The position numbers were made by a program, and so were the translations under genes. The notes under the pieces were generated by a model. It did not search any database, had not been told where the DNA came from, and was given only the letters and a program-made list of their open reading frames with translations. A stretch of 63,458 nt of DNA, counting the filler, from Octopus bimaculoides (lineage: Eukaryota): assembly GCF_001194135.2 (NCBI RefSeq). It is 4 parts of 4 records of this genome, joined end to end, with 100 filler letters (N's around TTAATTAATTAA, not from the genome) between each part and the next. Parts side by side here need not be neighbours in the genome. Positions count along the whole stretch, not along the records: positions 36,719 to 41,736 come from NC_068986.1; positions 41,837 to 63,458 come from NC_068990.1; 2 more parts are not named here. One strand, given 5' to 3'. Positions 38,299 to 50,057 of the stretch are shown here, in pieces. Within the stretch, counting starts at the first letter, position 1; each line of letters opens with the position of its first letter.

Positions 38299-38713
38299 TG
38301 GGGGGAGAGAGAGAAACACTTTATTTCACGTTGCTCCAGTTCACTCAGCTGTAGAAATGAGTTGCAACGTCAGAGGTGCCAAGCTGTATCGGCCCTTTTT
38401 CCTTTCTCTTGGATAACATCAGTGACATGGAGAGAAGAGGCTGGTATGCGTGGACAATGGTATGCATGCATGGACGCACGCATGCATGTACGTATGTACG
38501 TGTGTATCTCGAGAATACTGACACTTTATTGTAACAATATGTTATATAAAGACCCACAAATGCTCAACTGATTTCCAAAGGAAATATGAAATATTAAAAG
38601 GGATAAAATTCTATTTCAAATTATTAAAAAGTATTTGAAAGAAAACTCAGAACTAGAATAATAAATAAGTTTATATCAGCTGGGACGAACTCGCTAATCA
38701 CTTAACTTTTAGG

Positions 38714-39075
38714 CAATGGCTGTGTGGTTAAGGCCTTCAGTTTGCAACCACCTGTTTTCGGGTGTAGTCCCACTGCGTGGCAACTTGGACAAGGAGAGAC
38801 TTGTTTTGTGAATGAGCTTGGCAGACGATGTGCGTGTTTGAGTTTGTGTTGTGGTAGTGGTGGTGGGGGGTAGGTTATTTGTCATCCCTACCCACCGTTT
38901 GATATTAGGTGTTGGTTTGATCAGGTCCCTGTAACTTAGAGAGTCGGGAAGAGCGACCAATTGAAGAAGTATCAGAACTGAGAATAATACATTCTAGGGC
39001 CGATCCCTCCGACTAAACTCCTTCAAGGCTGTAGCCCTGGCATAGCCACAGTCCATTGATTGAAATAAGAAAAAG
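38714..39075 (+). mobile_element. SINE family A, old diverged copy
   Basis: tggctgtgtggttaag..gtcccactgcgtggcaacttggacaag head and recognisable 3' segment. Confidence 0.6.
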
Positions 39076-39437
39076 TTGTATGCTTGAGTGTGTTTGAGTG
39101 TATCAGTGTGTGTATGTGTATGTATGTATGTATGTATGTATGTATGTGTATGTGTTTGATAATTACGTAATATGATATATAAACATGTTTACAATTGACC
39201 TTTAGATGTACCTTAGAATTAACTACGTTGTAACGAATATTTCAACAGCCATAAATACGGAGATATCAATAGATAATTCTTTGAGCCTACTGAAAAAACT
39301 TTTAGCTAATACATGTGAAAATTCAGGCATAACTATGCAATTTGAAGAAAGCTAGAAATTTTAGTGTATATACTACGCTGGTAGTTTTCGACCTAAAACC
39401 TTATCTACTTAATCTTTATAATACTACAAACCATAAC

Positions 39438-40085
39438 TTAACCCTTTGTGTCCTAACCTCCTGAACCTTATTTTACCATATTACATACACACACATATGC
39501 GTAGGAGTGGCTGTGTGGTGAGCAGGTTGATTACCAGCCACATGGTTCCGGGTTCAGTCCCACTGCGCGGCATTTTCGGCAAGTGTCTTCTACTATAGCC
39601 TCGGACCGACCAAAGCATTGTGAGTGGATTTCGTAGACGGAAACTGAAAAAAACCCGTCGTATATATATATATATATGTGTGTGTGTATTTGTGTGTGTG
39701 TGTTTGTGTGTGTGTGTTTGTGTGTGTGTGTTTGTGCGTGTGTGGGTTTGTGTGTGTGTGCTTGTGTGTCCCCTCCCCCAACATCGCTTGACAACCGATG
39801 CTGGTGTGTTTACGCCCCTGTAACTTAGCGGTGCGGCAAAAGGCAGACTGATAGATTAAGTGCTAGGCTTACAAAGAATAAGTCCTCGGGTCGATTTGTT
39901 CGACTAAAAGCGGTGCTCTAGCATGGCCACAGTCAAATGACTGAAGCAAGTAAAAGAATAAAAGAATTAAAAAATGGAAGAATATATTTGGCACTCCACC
40001 GGTGCTACGGTATAGAACGTTGCTACGTTACAGAGAAAAACAAGCCATCCACCGGTAAACCGGTGTTACGGACTCAAAGGGTTAA
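39438..40085. mobile_element. TTAA-flanked element with 12-bp TIRs containing a nested SINE
   Basis: TTAA-ccctttgtgtcc (39438-39453) ... ggactcaaaggg-TTAA (40070-40085); TIRs 11/12 identical. Confidence 0.65.
39499..39968 (+). mobile_element. SINE family A, full-length
   Basis: A box TGGCTGTGTGG, B box GGTTCAGTCCC, CORE-like segment, internal (TA)/(TG) tract, taaaagaa tail. Confidence 0.88.
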
Positions 40086-40508
40086 TGTTATTATTTACTC
40101 AGATGTACACTAAATAGAATTGAATGAAAATTAATTATTCAAAGTCACATTTAACATGTTTGTGCACGGTTGTACATGGATTCGTTTAAGTTTTGCGACA
40201 TATCTTGCGGATTACCTCAGCTACAACGTCCATGATGTTTCTGAGGTCTCGTGTAGTTTCGGATATTTCAGCAATAGATCCCTTCGCCCATTTGGCTCGG
40301 ATTGTATTTGATCACCTCTTTGTTTGCATCCCAGATAGCAGCAAACCACTGGTCTGGCCCAATACGCTGCACATGTTGTCTCGATAGAAGAAATTCTTCA
40401 TACAGAGAATAGGAAAGTAAACACACGAACATGATAAATATGACTAAACATAACTATAGTACTATTTACATTTATAATAATCCTTATAACAAAAGCTAAA
40501 TCTAATTT

Positions 40509-40897
40509 GTGGAGGTGCAATGGCCCAGTGGTTAGGGCAGCGGACTCGCGGTCAAAGGATCGCGGTTTCGATTCCCAGACCGGGCGTTGTGAGTGTTTAT
40601 TGAGCGAAAACACCTAAAGCTCCACGAGGCTCCGGCATGGGATGGTGGCGAACCCTGCTGTACTCTATCACCACGACTTTCTCTCACTCTTACTTCCTGT
40701 TTCTGTTGTGCCTGTAATTCAAAGGGCCAGCCTTGTCACTCTGTGTCCTGCGAAATATCCCCGAGAACCACGTTAAGGGTACACGTGTGTGTGTGGAGTG
40801 CTCAGCCACTTACACGTTAATTTCATGAGTAGGCTGATCCGTTGATCGGATCAACTGGAACCCTCGACGTCGTAAGCGTCGGAGTGCTAACAACAAC
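40509..40897 (+). mobile_element. Young full-length tRNA-derived SINE (family C) with target-site duplication
   Basis: A box TGGCCCAGTGG, B box GGTTTCGATTCCC, (AAC)n tail. Flanked by aaatctaattt (40498-40508) and aaatttaattt (40898-40908), 10/11 identical. Confidence 0.85.
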
Positions 40898-41444
40898 AAA
40901 TTTAATTTACTCTGCATTGTCAAATTAAGTTTACAGATCTACACCTCTTCATTTCGTTGCACAAAATTCATAAGGAAGGAATCTATGTTTTTAGTTCTCA
41001 ACAATCATTAGGAAGTATGCTTAAACAATGAAACAACTTAATTAGCCATTACCTAACAATTTCAACTATAATTACACCTATAAATATAATTATCTTTAAC
41101 TATAATTACCGCTAATTAGCACTATTAAGCATAGTTTCGAACCGTATCGTATTTGATAGTATATGGTATAGGAGACACACATTTCTTTTCAAAACAACTC
41201 TCAGAATATTACTCCTGATTCTATACGCTAAATTGATGTAATGATAGCATTGTTCAATTAAATGGACTTGCATGAAACGATCGTACTGCATTACCTCTGG
41301 ATATCCTTGTTGCTTATTTTGATTTTAATCACCTTACTTGGAAATTGTACGGATAATACCGTACTAAATTCTGGCGCCTCAACTTAAGTACCATATTCAT
41401 CTGAATCTAAATTTTTGTTATATATATATATATATATATGTACT

Positions 41445-41736
41445 TTTTTTTCAGGTTTCAGTCATTTGACAGTGGCCATGCTGGAGCACCGCCTTTGGTC
41501 TAAGAAATCGACCCCAGCACTTATTCTTTGTAAGCGTAGTACTTATTCTATCGGTCAATTTTTTCGAACTGCTATATTTCAGGGACATAAACACACCAGC
41601 ATCGGATCGGTTGTCAAGCGATGGTGGGTTGCCAAGCACAGCCACAAATAAACACACACACAAACACACACACACACACACTTATATATATATATATATA
41701 CGATGGGCCTTTTTTCAGTTGCCACTCACAAGGCTT
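41445..41736 (-). mobile_element. SINE family A, cut by a scaffold join
   Basis: gtttcagtcatttgacagtggccatgctggagcaccgcc..ggttgtcaagcgatgg. Confidence 0.8.
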
Positions 41737-43848
41737 NNNNNNNNNNNNNNNNNNNNNNNNNNNNNNNNNNNNNNNNNNNNTTAATTAATTAANNNNNNNN
41801 NNNNNNNNNNNNNNNNNNNNNNNNNNNNNNNNNNNNTAAAACCAGTCCATTGCCGTTGGATCTGTTAACGTATTCCCCTTATATCATATCCATTTAGTGT
41901 ATGGAAGCAGCAGAAAATATTGTTATTTAATATAAAGTTTGTTTTGCTGTGTTGATTGCAGACATCTGTATGCACCAGTTAACTGATTAAACTTTAGTTA
42001 GTAATCGGTTGCATGGGAACTCTCATTTCATTAATATACAAGTTACCACTACTGTAAGACCTGCAATTCAACTTTACTAACCCTCCTCGTCTACATCAGT
42101 AATTTTTGTTTTTTTTAAGTTGGTTTTATGTCTTAATCTATTATTCTATTTTCCTATATGCTTACACTTAAAATTTATCTATTGTTTTTAAACCGCAATA
42201 ATTCACACGATATTTTTAGCAATTGAGTTTTATAACAGCTGCTTGCTTTTCTCGTGTTTAGACTTTTAACATCGAGTTTCTTATGCAATAGCTTACAGTA
42301 AGTTAGTAGTCAGTGAAAAGCAGTGCATTGGTATTTAGTGGAAAATTCGCATCAGCTACTACCACCTATCTGGTTATTAACAAGTGGGATTATTTATTTT
42401 ACTAGAGATCTGTCTGAAATAGCCTAAGGGAAATGTGGAGCCAACATGCACTACTGCATTTAGTTAACTTGCTTCAGCGCTTATCTTTTTAAGGATTTAA
42501 ATATAATTGATAAATAGTTATGTCTGTTGGCATTCGATGAGCTTTAATAATAATACTAATCACAATAATAAGTTGTAGAATTTAGTGAAGTCTGGTTCTG
42601 ATGAGATACACATAGTTGGCTTCAACTTGGTATTTTAAATGGAAAACAGAGAAAGTAGCTTGCATTGAGGGAATAATAGAGTGTAGTAACTGTTGGTCTG
42701 TGTTTGTTATCAGCATGTCTTTCTTCATATGTAATCATTGTAATAATAGTCAGTGCTGCTGACTGAGATTTTTTTTTTTACACGTCTGTACAACCACTTG
42801 CAGTGATGTGATATGTTGACCAAAGACATATTCTTTTCAGTTCATCTACGTATGTTATGTGTGACTATACAAGAACGTGCGTTTGTGCATTTTGTGTGTG
42901 TGTACTCACGCACTCACATATATTTATTCACATGTTACGCATGCACATGAAAAAAAAAACATGCCCATATTTTCGAGCACACGCATACATACACCTGTAT
43001 ATATAATACGCATGCACACACACACATGCATATATATACGTATGAGCGTGTGTGTACTTGTTCACTAGATTAGAGATTCCAGCTGTCTGCATATGTAGCT
43101 TCGTATAATTGTGAATATGCCTTGTAGAAAAGTTAACTTTATAATATTGCAGTTAAATATTGATGTGGTGTATGTTAGGAAAGCATTTAAAAAAATATGC
43201 GTGTGTGTCTGACGAAGAAAAAAATGTGCCGTTTCGATAATTTTTTAAACCTATCTAAACACGTTTGTTACATTAGCCTCATTAGTAAACTAATGATTAA
43301 TGAATTGTGTGAAAGATTGTGCTGATAGAAAATGCGTTCTGAATTCACTGCGAACGGTTGTTTTGTGGGTGGTTATTCAGTTGCTACTTCAATATCTGCT
43401 TTCTTTTCCGATATTGTTATATCTGATCTTATGACCCTTTCCTGTTCATATTTCCTTGATTCGTGACACCTGTCACCCTGCTCACAAATCTAAATTAATA
43501 AAAGAAGCAATAATGTTAATTTATACATTTGACAACATATTACATACATCACGCGTTATTATAAGTCTTGCTTGGACCTTCAGTTTTTCCATAGCAAATC
43601 ACAACAAACTTCAAAACTCAACAAAAACAAGGCACCAAGAATTATCATAGACTACTCATTGATCACTTGGACCCTTGTCTAATACACAACGTTTACTTGG
43701 TCTCTCAACCTGTTAGGAACAGCAGCCAATTAACTTCAAATTACATCCTATAGTCTTACTCTCAGAAAAGACGTTAGCTCATGTAACCCTACATGCATAT
43801 CAGAAAGACAATATAGTCATGGTTAGAACGCTTTTGATCTTGGGTCTG

Positions 43849-43966
43849 TTGGATCAGGATTGACTTGAAGTTAAGCCACGACAATGGTGAAACCTAAATA
43901 CTCAAAATTGGATCAGGATTGACTTGAAGTTAAGCCACGACAATGGTGAAACCTAAATACTCAAAA
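43849..43966. repeat. Perfect 59-bp tandem duplication
   Basis: ttggatcaggattgacttgaagttaagccacgacaatggtgaaacctaaatactcaaaa twice. Confidence 0.95.
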
Positions 43967-45626
43967 TAAAAGATCATTTGAACATGCGAGGAGCCCAATT
44001 TGCAGTTGCTACAAGTTCCAACACATACAGTCTCTTTTTACATATAGCCATCCCCAACACACTATTATAAACTTGAAATAGCAACCAAATTTTCCTCACA
44101 TTTAATCCTATCGTCTAGAACAGACGGTCAAGACGTATAAAGCTGTTCTGAACATATACAACCCGAGGGAAAAAAACTAAGTGGTTATGGTTAGAGTGTC
44201 TTTGATTATATGTTTGCTCATTCCGGGTTAGCCTGGAACTAAATAATAACAACTACATTATCCTAAGAACACTACCATTCCCATACACACCAAAAATAGC
44301 GGCATCGTTAGCCGCATTAACCCTGCCACTATATTGGGATATGTGCACATCGCATGAGATTGGTGCAAATCAGGGTCACATAAAGCACACCCCAATAATG
44401 GACTACCTTAGCCATTCCATTGACTGACAAGACATCAAAACATAAGTGTTAAATGAGAATTAATAAATTAAAAATTAAATTTTCTTGTGAGCCAGAACCG
44501 TGCTAAATTATAGCCGAACAATATTAAAATGTTCGAGTAACAAGAAAAAAATGCATGTTTTCAACAATTTTTTTTTGTTTATTTGTCTTCTAAGCTGTTA
44601 TGATTTACCATTTGCATGGCATGGGAAAAGTAACAAACACACTATAGTAGTCCTTTCCCTTGGTACCCTAACTTTGCTTAGTATGTTAATGGTCGTTGAT
44701 CAGATCCTAGAGTTCATGAACACGATGGTTATGAGTTTGAACTCTGACTAAGTCCACTTTGCTCATAACCACTGTAACCACCATCCGAACCTAGAGACGT
44801 ACAGGAACAGACTGGCGAAAATGCGATGTGTAACCTAGGCTTTCATTGGCAACCTTTTACGAGAAGCAGGCCACAAGAGACGTGGTTCATCATTATAAGC
44901 GGGTCGCATTATTAAAGGAATTCAAGGTAGATTTTCGTTAGGCGTGCCATTCATTAAGTTCCGCGGGCCGTAGGTTACCCGTGACGAGTCTAAACAGTCA
45001 TACTTCACACCATACTTTAAATCACTGTATGCCTGTGTATACAGTCCCCTATTAGGTGGAAGTTTCATATATCTGGAAAACTGGATCTGAGAGTCGCATC
45101 TAGTTTCTCAACTACTTAACATCCTTGAGATAGCAGTCAAATCTTCTTTGTTGTGTTTAAACAGACACACAGTGGAAAATATAATCCGGTTTACACAATG
45201 TCTAAAAAAAGATAGGATGGGTCACATTGGAGTGCTTTTGATCACAGATTTGTTCGATCGTGGCTGGCCTGGGGCTAAACTATCAATCTATCTGCATACT
45301 TTCTCGATCGTGGCTGACCTTAGGTTAAACAGCAATCCAAATTTATAAATATTTTCTTCATTGAGAGAAACGGGAACGCCCCTCTCGGGTTTTTCCCCAT
45401 TTTAAATGCCATTTTATTTTTATATTTTTCTCTGGAAGTATCTTTTGAGAAATCCAATCAACTCAATTACTTGAAGTAACTTTAAAGAATCGACTTATTT
45501 TCTTTTAGTTATAAGCTTTTTCGAACTCAAGTAATTTTTTTTTAATGATTTAACCCTTTATTAGCTAGTTTTTGTTTTGCAGAATTTGTATATATAAATA
45601 TATGTATGTATAAAACGAATACATAG

Positions 45627-45673
<47 letters not shown>

Positions 45674-46565
45674 ATATATACACACACACACACATATACA
45701 TATACGTATATATACACATACATATGAGTCTGAGTATTTGTGCGCGCGCGCATTTTGTATGTATAATGTATTTAATGTGTATAAACTATATGTATATATA
45801 TGGGGGAGTATGTACTCTAATATGCGCGTATGTTTTTTTTTATAACAGTTTTATTTGCAAAAAGCTTTAATATAAAATCATAGTTATATTAGGAAGTATT
45901 TAGAAGGAAGTTGTGTTAAGTTCATAGCATTTTTTACACATTTATCTTCTAGTCTAATAAGCTTTCTAAGTAAATATTATTATTCAATTTGAAGTATTAT
46001 TGAAATAAAAATATGATTTAAATGAAGAAGATTTAATGTTCACAATAAAACACTATTTTTTTCCTTGTTTTGTCCGTTGTCTTAGAGACGATTTTCAAGT
46101 ATCAGTTCTTACTTCTGAGGAAGAACACACGCGCACGCATTAGCTTGTGTGTGCGTGTGTACCGCACGCGCGCGTGTTCCTTTAATTTTTACACGTGCAT
46201 ACATAAACCAGGTGCACATGCATATATGTGTGTATATGTGTGTGTGAGAGAGAGAGAGAGGGGGGAGAGAAATGTTAAAAATATAATTTAGAAGTGTAAA
46301 GTGTTTAGCGATATCTTTCAAGTTCTAGTTTTGATTTTGTCACAGCTAGAGAATGTAGCCTAGTGTTTTCTTGTTTTGTTTTATTTTGTTTTTTCCTTCT
46401 TCTCTCTTAAAATATCACTGACAATTCTTGCAACTCTTTGAATATACTCGTTTTTATATATATATGAAAACATTTTGAGGACTGGCTGTGACGAAGGAAA
46501 AATCTAAGAACTTTTAGGTTTACAGGTAATATTTCCAACCACTGAAATATATTTTAACTTAGAAA

Positions 46566-46615
<50 letters not shown>

Positions 46616-47411
46616 ACCCTTTGTAAGGATCGAACCATTCATCCTTTGCTTACCGGTAAAACATGTTTCAGAATGCACAAAAGTTTGGGTTCACTTCTTA
46701 TTGCCGTGTAAGACTGACTGCTTGTTTGTTCAGTAGCAAATGTTCTGATATTACTAAGTATAAAGACTCCCCTATTGATCTGAAATGGGAACCTACAACT
46801 GATTTAATGTTTGTTTGTTGCATTTATTTCACGTTGACTGATATGTATTGTGTGTGTGTGTGTGAATCTTTGTCTTTCTACCTTTCAACAATAATCATGA
46901 GGATAATGACTTTAAAAATACACCTTTTTCACGCTTTATTTTCATGTGTCAATAGAATGAAAGAACAATTCTTTTTAAGCGTCTTAATTATTTTAGTTTT
47001 CTTAAACCATTTTTCATACAATATGTGTATATATATATACATATATATATACATATAAGTTATAAATGCCGTCCGGCTCCGGTGGCATACTTTTCATTAT
47101 TACTGGTTAATAATACCTTCACCTGGATAATGTTTGGACTAGTTAACACTTCTAGAAACTTCCTAATGTATTATTATATTACCTGATTTACAAAGAGAAG
47201 GGAAACATTGAGATCTATCTTGTCTTTTTCATTCATTTAGTAATCTTAATTACTGTAATTTTAAAGAATGTCCAAGTCGCTACTTTTCTTGTTACTATAT
47301 TTTATATAACTGAAATAGATATATATTTTAAAATAATCATTAGCTGTTTATTGAATTGAGTAAATTGGTGAAGATTTGTTTCTTGACACTGTATTAGAAG
47401 GCATTTTAATA

Positions 47412-47450
47412 GTTTGTTTTGTTTTCTTTCTGTATTTGTAGCTTCAGCAG
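47412..47450 (+). promoter_or_regulatory. Splice acceptor of the zinc-finger coding exon, with alternative nearby CAGs
   Basis: gtttgttttgttttctttctgtatttgtAG (AG at 47440-47441) followed by cttCAG CAG aATG. Implies an upstream non-coding exon; the ORF-track start at 47419 lies inside this tract. Confidence 0.7.
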
Positions 47451-47451
47451 A

Positions 47452-48954
47452 ATGGAACTGGGGGAGACGTCTGCCATCTCTGAAGACAAAAAGTATACAG
47501 TGCAGCTGGTGACCAAGTTCACATGTAAATATTGTGCCATGCAATTTGCTTCGTTGCGGGATATGCAGCTGCATGTACTATCACATACTCACGGTAAAAC
47601 ATTGCATAGTTGCACTGTGTGTGGAAGGTCTTATACAACTCCTTCGAAACTCCAACGTCACGTTCGTGTACACAGTGGTGAGAGACCCTACATGTGCAAT
47701 TTGTGTGGGCGGCGTTTCACACGTTCTGACCATGTCAAACAGCACATGAAGGTACACCAGCCACACAGACAGAAGAATATGTGCCGTATCTGTGGAGTGC
47801 GCTTTGCTCGTTCTTCTCTTCTTGGTAGTCACCTTCGTCGACACAGCATTCTTCTAATTCATGTTTGTCGACGTTGTGGTGAGGGTTTCCAGGAAGCTGA
47901 AGAGCTGGATCTTCATAGAAAACTGCATAAAATAAAAAGTAACTTACGGCCGAATGGACGACGACGTAGCCGTGGAGCTCCTGTAGATATGTCTGCATTA
48001 ACGAGCGGACCACCTGATGATATCAACCCGAAAATACCATCTGAAGGGAAATGGGTAGGCTGTGCTAGATTCTGTGTAGCACAGGTATCTACCAGCAATA
48101 GTAAGATTATCCGAATGTCAGCATCAGAAAACGAAGATCACGAAGGTGATGAGACTTCAAACAAAAACGAGATAGAGTTCATTAAGCAGGAAGTACAGTA
48201 TCCTAGTATGGAATCTGAAGAACAACAGTCTTTATCATCTGAAAGAAGTAACTATCAGATGTCTATTTCTACCAGCTACACCTTGGCCAAATCTTTAGTA
48301 GACAATCAATTTAGAAGGTTTTCTGCTGAGTCAGAGAAAATGTTTATTCTTCCAAGTAGTACAGAGGCAAATCAGGGAATATCGTTACGAAAGTCTGAAT
48401 CTGTAAACAACCAGTTTGGTGGTGCTGTCGTACCAACAGAGCCGTCATCTTGTCCAGAAATGTTGCGAAATTCTCTGTCTTCACCTGAAATTTCTCGACA
48501 AACACTGTCATCACCAGAAATTTCTCAACAAAGATTACCATCACCAGAGGTTTCTCATGAAACATTGAGTGCACTTAAGGCTGTGATTAAACGAGAACCT
48601 GGCTGTGCAAAAGAACAAGATTCTCAATATCCAATGAGTTTACTTGCAAGAAACTCTGTAGCTATGTCCCAATGTCCACCATTCATGAAATATCCAGAAG
48701 ATCTTTCCCAACAAACACAAATTCGACAGAGAAATATTTCTAGCCCAGCATCTGTAAATGGTAAAAGGCTCAGTAAATGTGACCATTGTGGAATGTGGTT
48801 TGAGGATTTTGGAATATACATGCTCCATAGTAGCTTACACTCAGCTGATGAAACAGATCCTTTCACTTGCAGAAAATGTCTAAAAAAGCTTGGAAACCGA
48901 TTAGAATTCATGGCTCACCTTGTTTGGCACTTGGATCCAGAGCTCCATATTTAA
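47452..48954 (+). CDS. C2H2 zinc-finger transcription factor, 500 aa: five N-terminal fingers plus a C-terminal Ikaros/Hunchback-like dimerisation finger pair
   Basis: Uninterrupted ORF. ATG at 47452 has strong context (A at -3, G at +4) and follows a polypyrimidine tract and AG acceptor. Fingers at 47518-47928: CKYC..HVLSH, CTVC..HVRVH-SGERP, CNLC..RSDHVKQH, CRIC..HLRRH, CRRC..HRKLH. Basic NLS-like RPNGRRRSR. C-terminal CDHCGMWFEDFGIYMLHSSLH-SADETDPF-CRKC..NRLEFMAHLVWH. Stop TAA at 48952-48954. Confidence 0.93.
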   Translation: MELGETSAISEDKKYTVQLVTKFTCKYCAMQFASLRDMQLHVLSHTHGKTLHSCTVCGRSYTTPSKLQRHVRVHSGERPYMCNLCGRRFTRSDHVKQHMKVHQPHRQKNMCRICGVRFARSSLLGSHLRRHSILLIHVCRRCGEGFQEAEELDLHRKLHKIKSNLRPNGRRRSRGAPVDMSALTSGPPDDINPKIPSEGKWVGCARFCVAQVSTSNSKIIRMSASENEDHEGDETSNKNEIEFIKQEVQYPSMESEEQQSLSSERSNYQMSISTSYTLAKSLVDNQFRRFSAESEKMFILPSSTEANQGISLRKSESVNNQFGGAVVPTEPSSCPEMLRNSLSSPEISRQTLSSPEISQQRLPSPEVSHETLSALKAVIKREPGCAKEQDSQYPMSLLARNSVAMSQCPPFMKYPEDLSQQTQIRQRNISSPASVNGKRLSKCDHCGMWFEDFGIYMLHSSLHSADETDPFTCRKCLKKLGNRLEFMAHLVWHLDPELHI

Positions 48955-48977
48955 TTTAAGAGGATTTCTTCGAATAA

Positions 48978-48983
48978 GTGAGT
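48978..48983 (+). promoter_or_regulatory. Candidate splice donor 23 nt after the stop codon
   Basis: AA|GTGAGT matches the donor consensus. Confidence 0.4.
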
Positions 48984-50057
48984 ATTTATTTTAATGCTTT
49001 TTGAAATTGTGTTTTTTTTTTAATTACTTATTCAGATTCAAAGATCTTCAAATTTTGGGGGGATTTCTGTTTTTATTTTTTTCCCTGCTCAGTATCTAAT
49101 TAATTTTCTCTAAAGCAACATAAAAGGGCAAAAAGTAGTAAAAAAATGTTAAAATCTTTTGAAGTATATTTGTATGTTTTAATTTTGTTTGTTTTCCTCT
49201 AAAGAAAAAAAAAGGAAAACATTGAAATATGCTTAAATTTGTACAAAATGAAATGTGGCTGTATGTGTGTAAAAAGAGAAGAATAATTACTTTTAAAAGA
49301 TTTAGAAATGTTGAAAGCTCAATTTCTTTTATTAATAGTTCTTTTAGGCTCTTTATGTTGATTATTAAAATTCTAATTTAAAAGATGACACTCATTCTTA
49401 AGTAAAAAGTATATGACAGTTAAATGTTAAATATGCAAAAAAAACATTGAAATTGGTAGCCAAGAATGTGTGAATGACCGGGCAAAAATTTCAAAACCCC
49501 TTGCTTAAAAGAAAAAGAAAAAAATTATTAAAATATTGAATTTCATATTTGCCTTTAAATGTTTGTATTTTCAATACAGACTTTGTGACTGTTGCTGTTT
49601 TTTTATTTATACTTCTTGTTTTTGTTTTATATTTCCTCTCTCCCACTCTCACTCACTCACTCACTCACTGTCTCTGTCTGTCTCTCTTTCTCTCACTCTT
49701 TTATACAAAATATTTTTTTAAATGTTGTTTCAATGTAATTTTTGAAATGATTTTGTGAATACTTTTAGAAATAGTTTGTTATTTGCAAAGGGCCTATTGC
49801 CAGAATGTGCCAAATTCCTTGCTCTGCCAGTGAGATAAAAGACTGGATTGTTAGACTTTTACACTGTTGGCAGAACTTTAGCAAATATTCTTGCTATTTT
49901 GAAATATGAGAATGGATGTTTGTTTGGTGTTACCAAACTTATACATTGGGTCCAACTGTCCTTAACTTACTACAGTAACCTGAAGTTGTGGATTTCACTA
50001 GCATAGCCATAGTATAGAACTTCAGATTATAAAAAAATGAATGATGATGATGATGAT

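Noticed and set aside
39505-39575. tRNA-like A/B boxes here and at 21288, 23252, 33295 and 40515
   Set aside because: These are SINE heads continuing into SINE bodies; no complete cloverleaf, so no tRNA gene is called.
46480-46531. Possible 5'-UTR exon of the zinc-finger gene ending at CAG|GTAATA (46525/46526)
   Set aside because: The donor is good but the acceptor or TSS cannot be fixed from sequence alone; it needs cDNA.
47419-47451. ORF-track N-terminal extension MFSFCICSFSR
   Set aside because: It starts at a TTG inside the polypyrimidine tract of the acceptor; ATG 47452 has the strong context.
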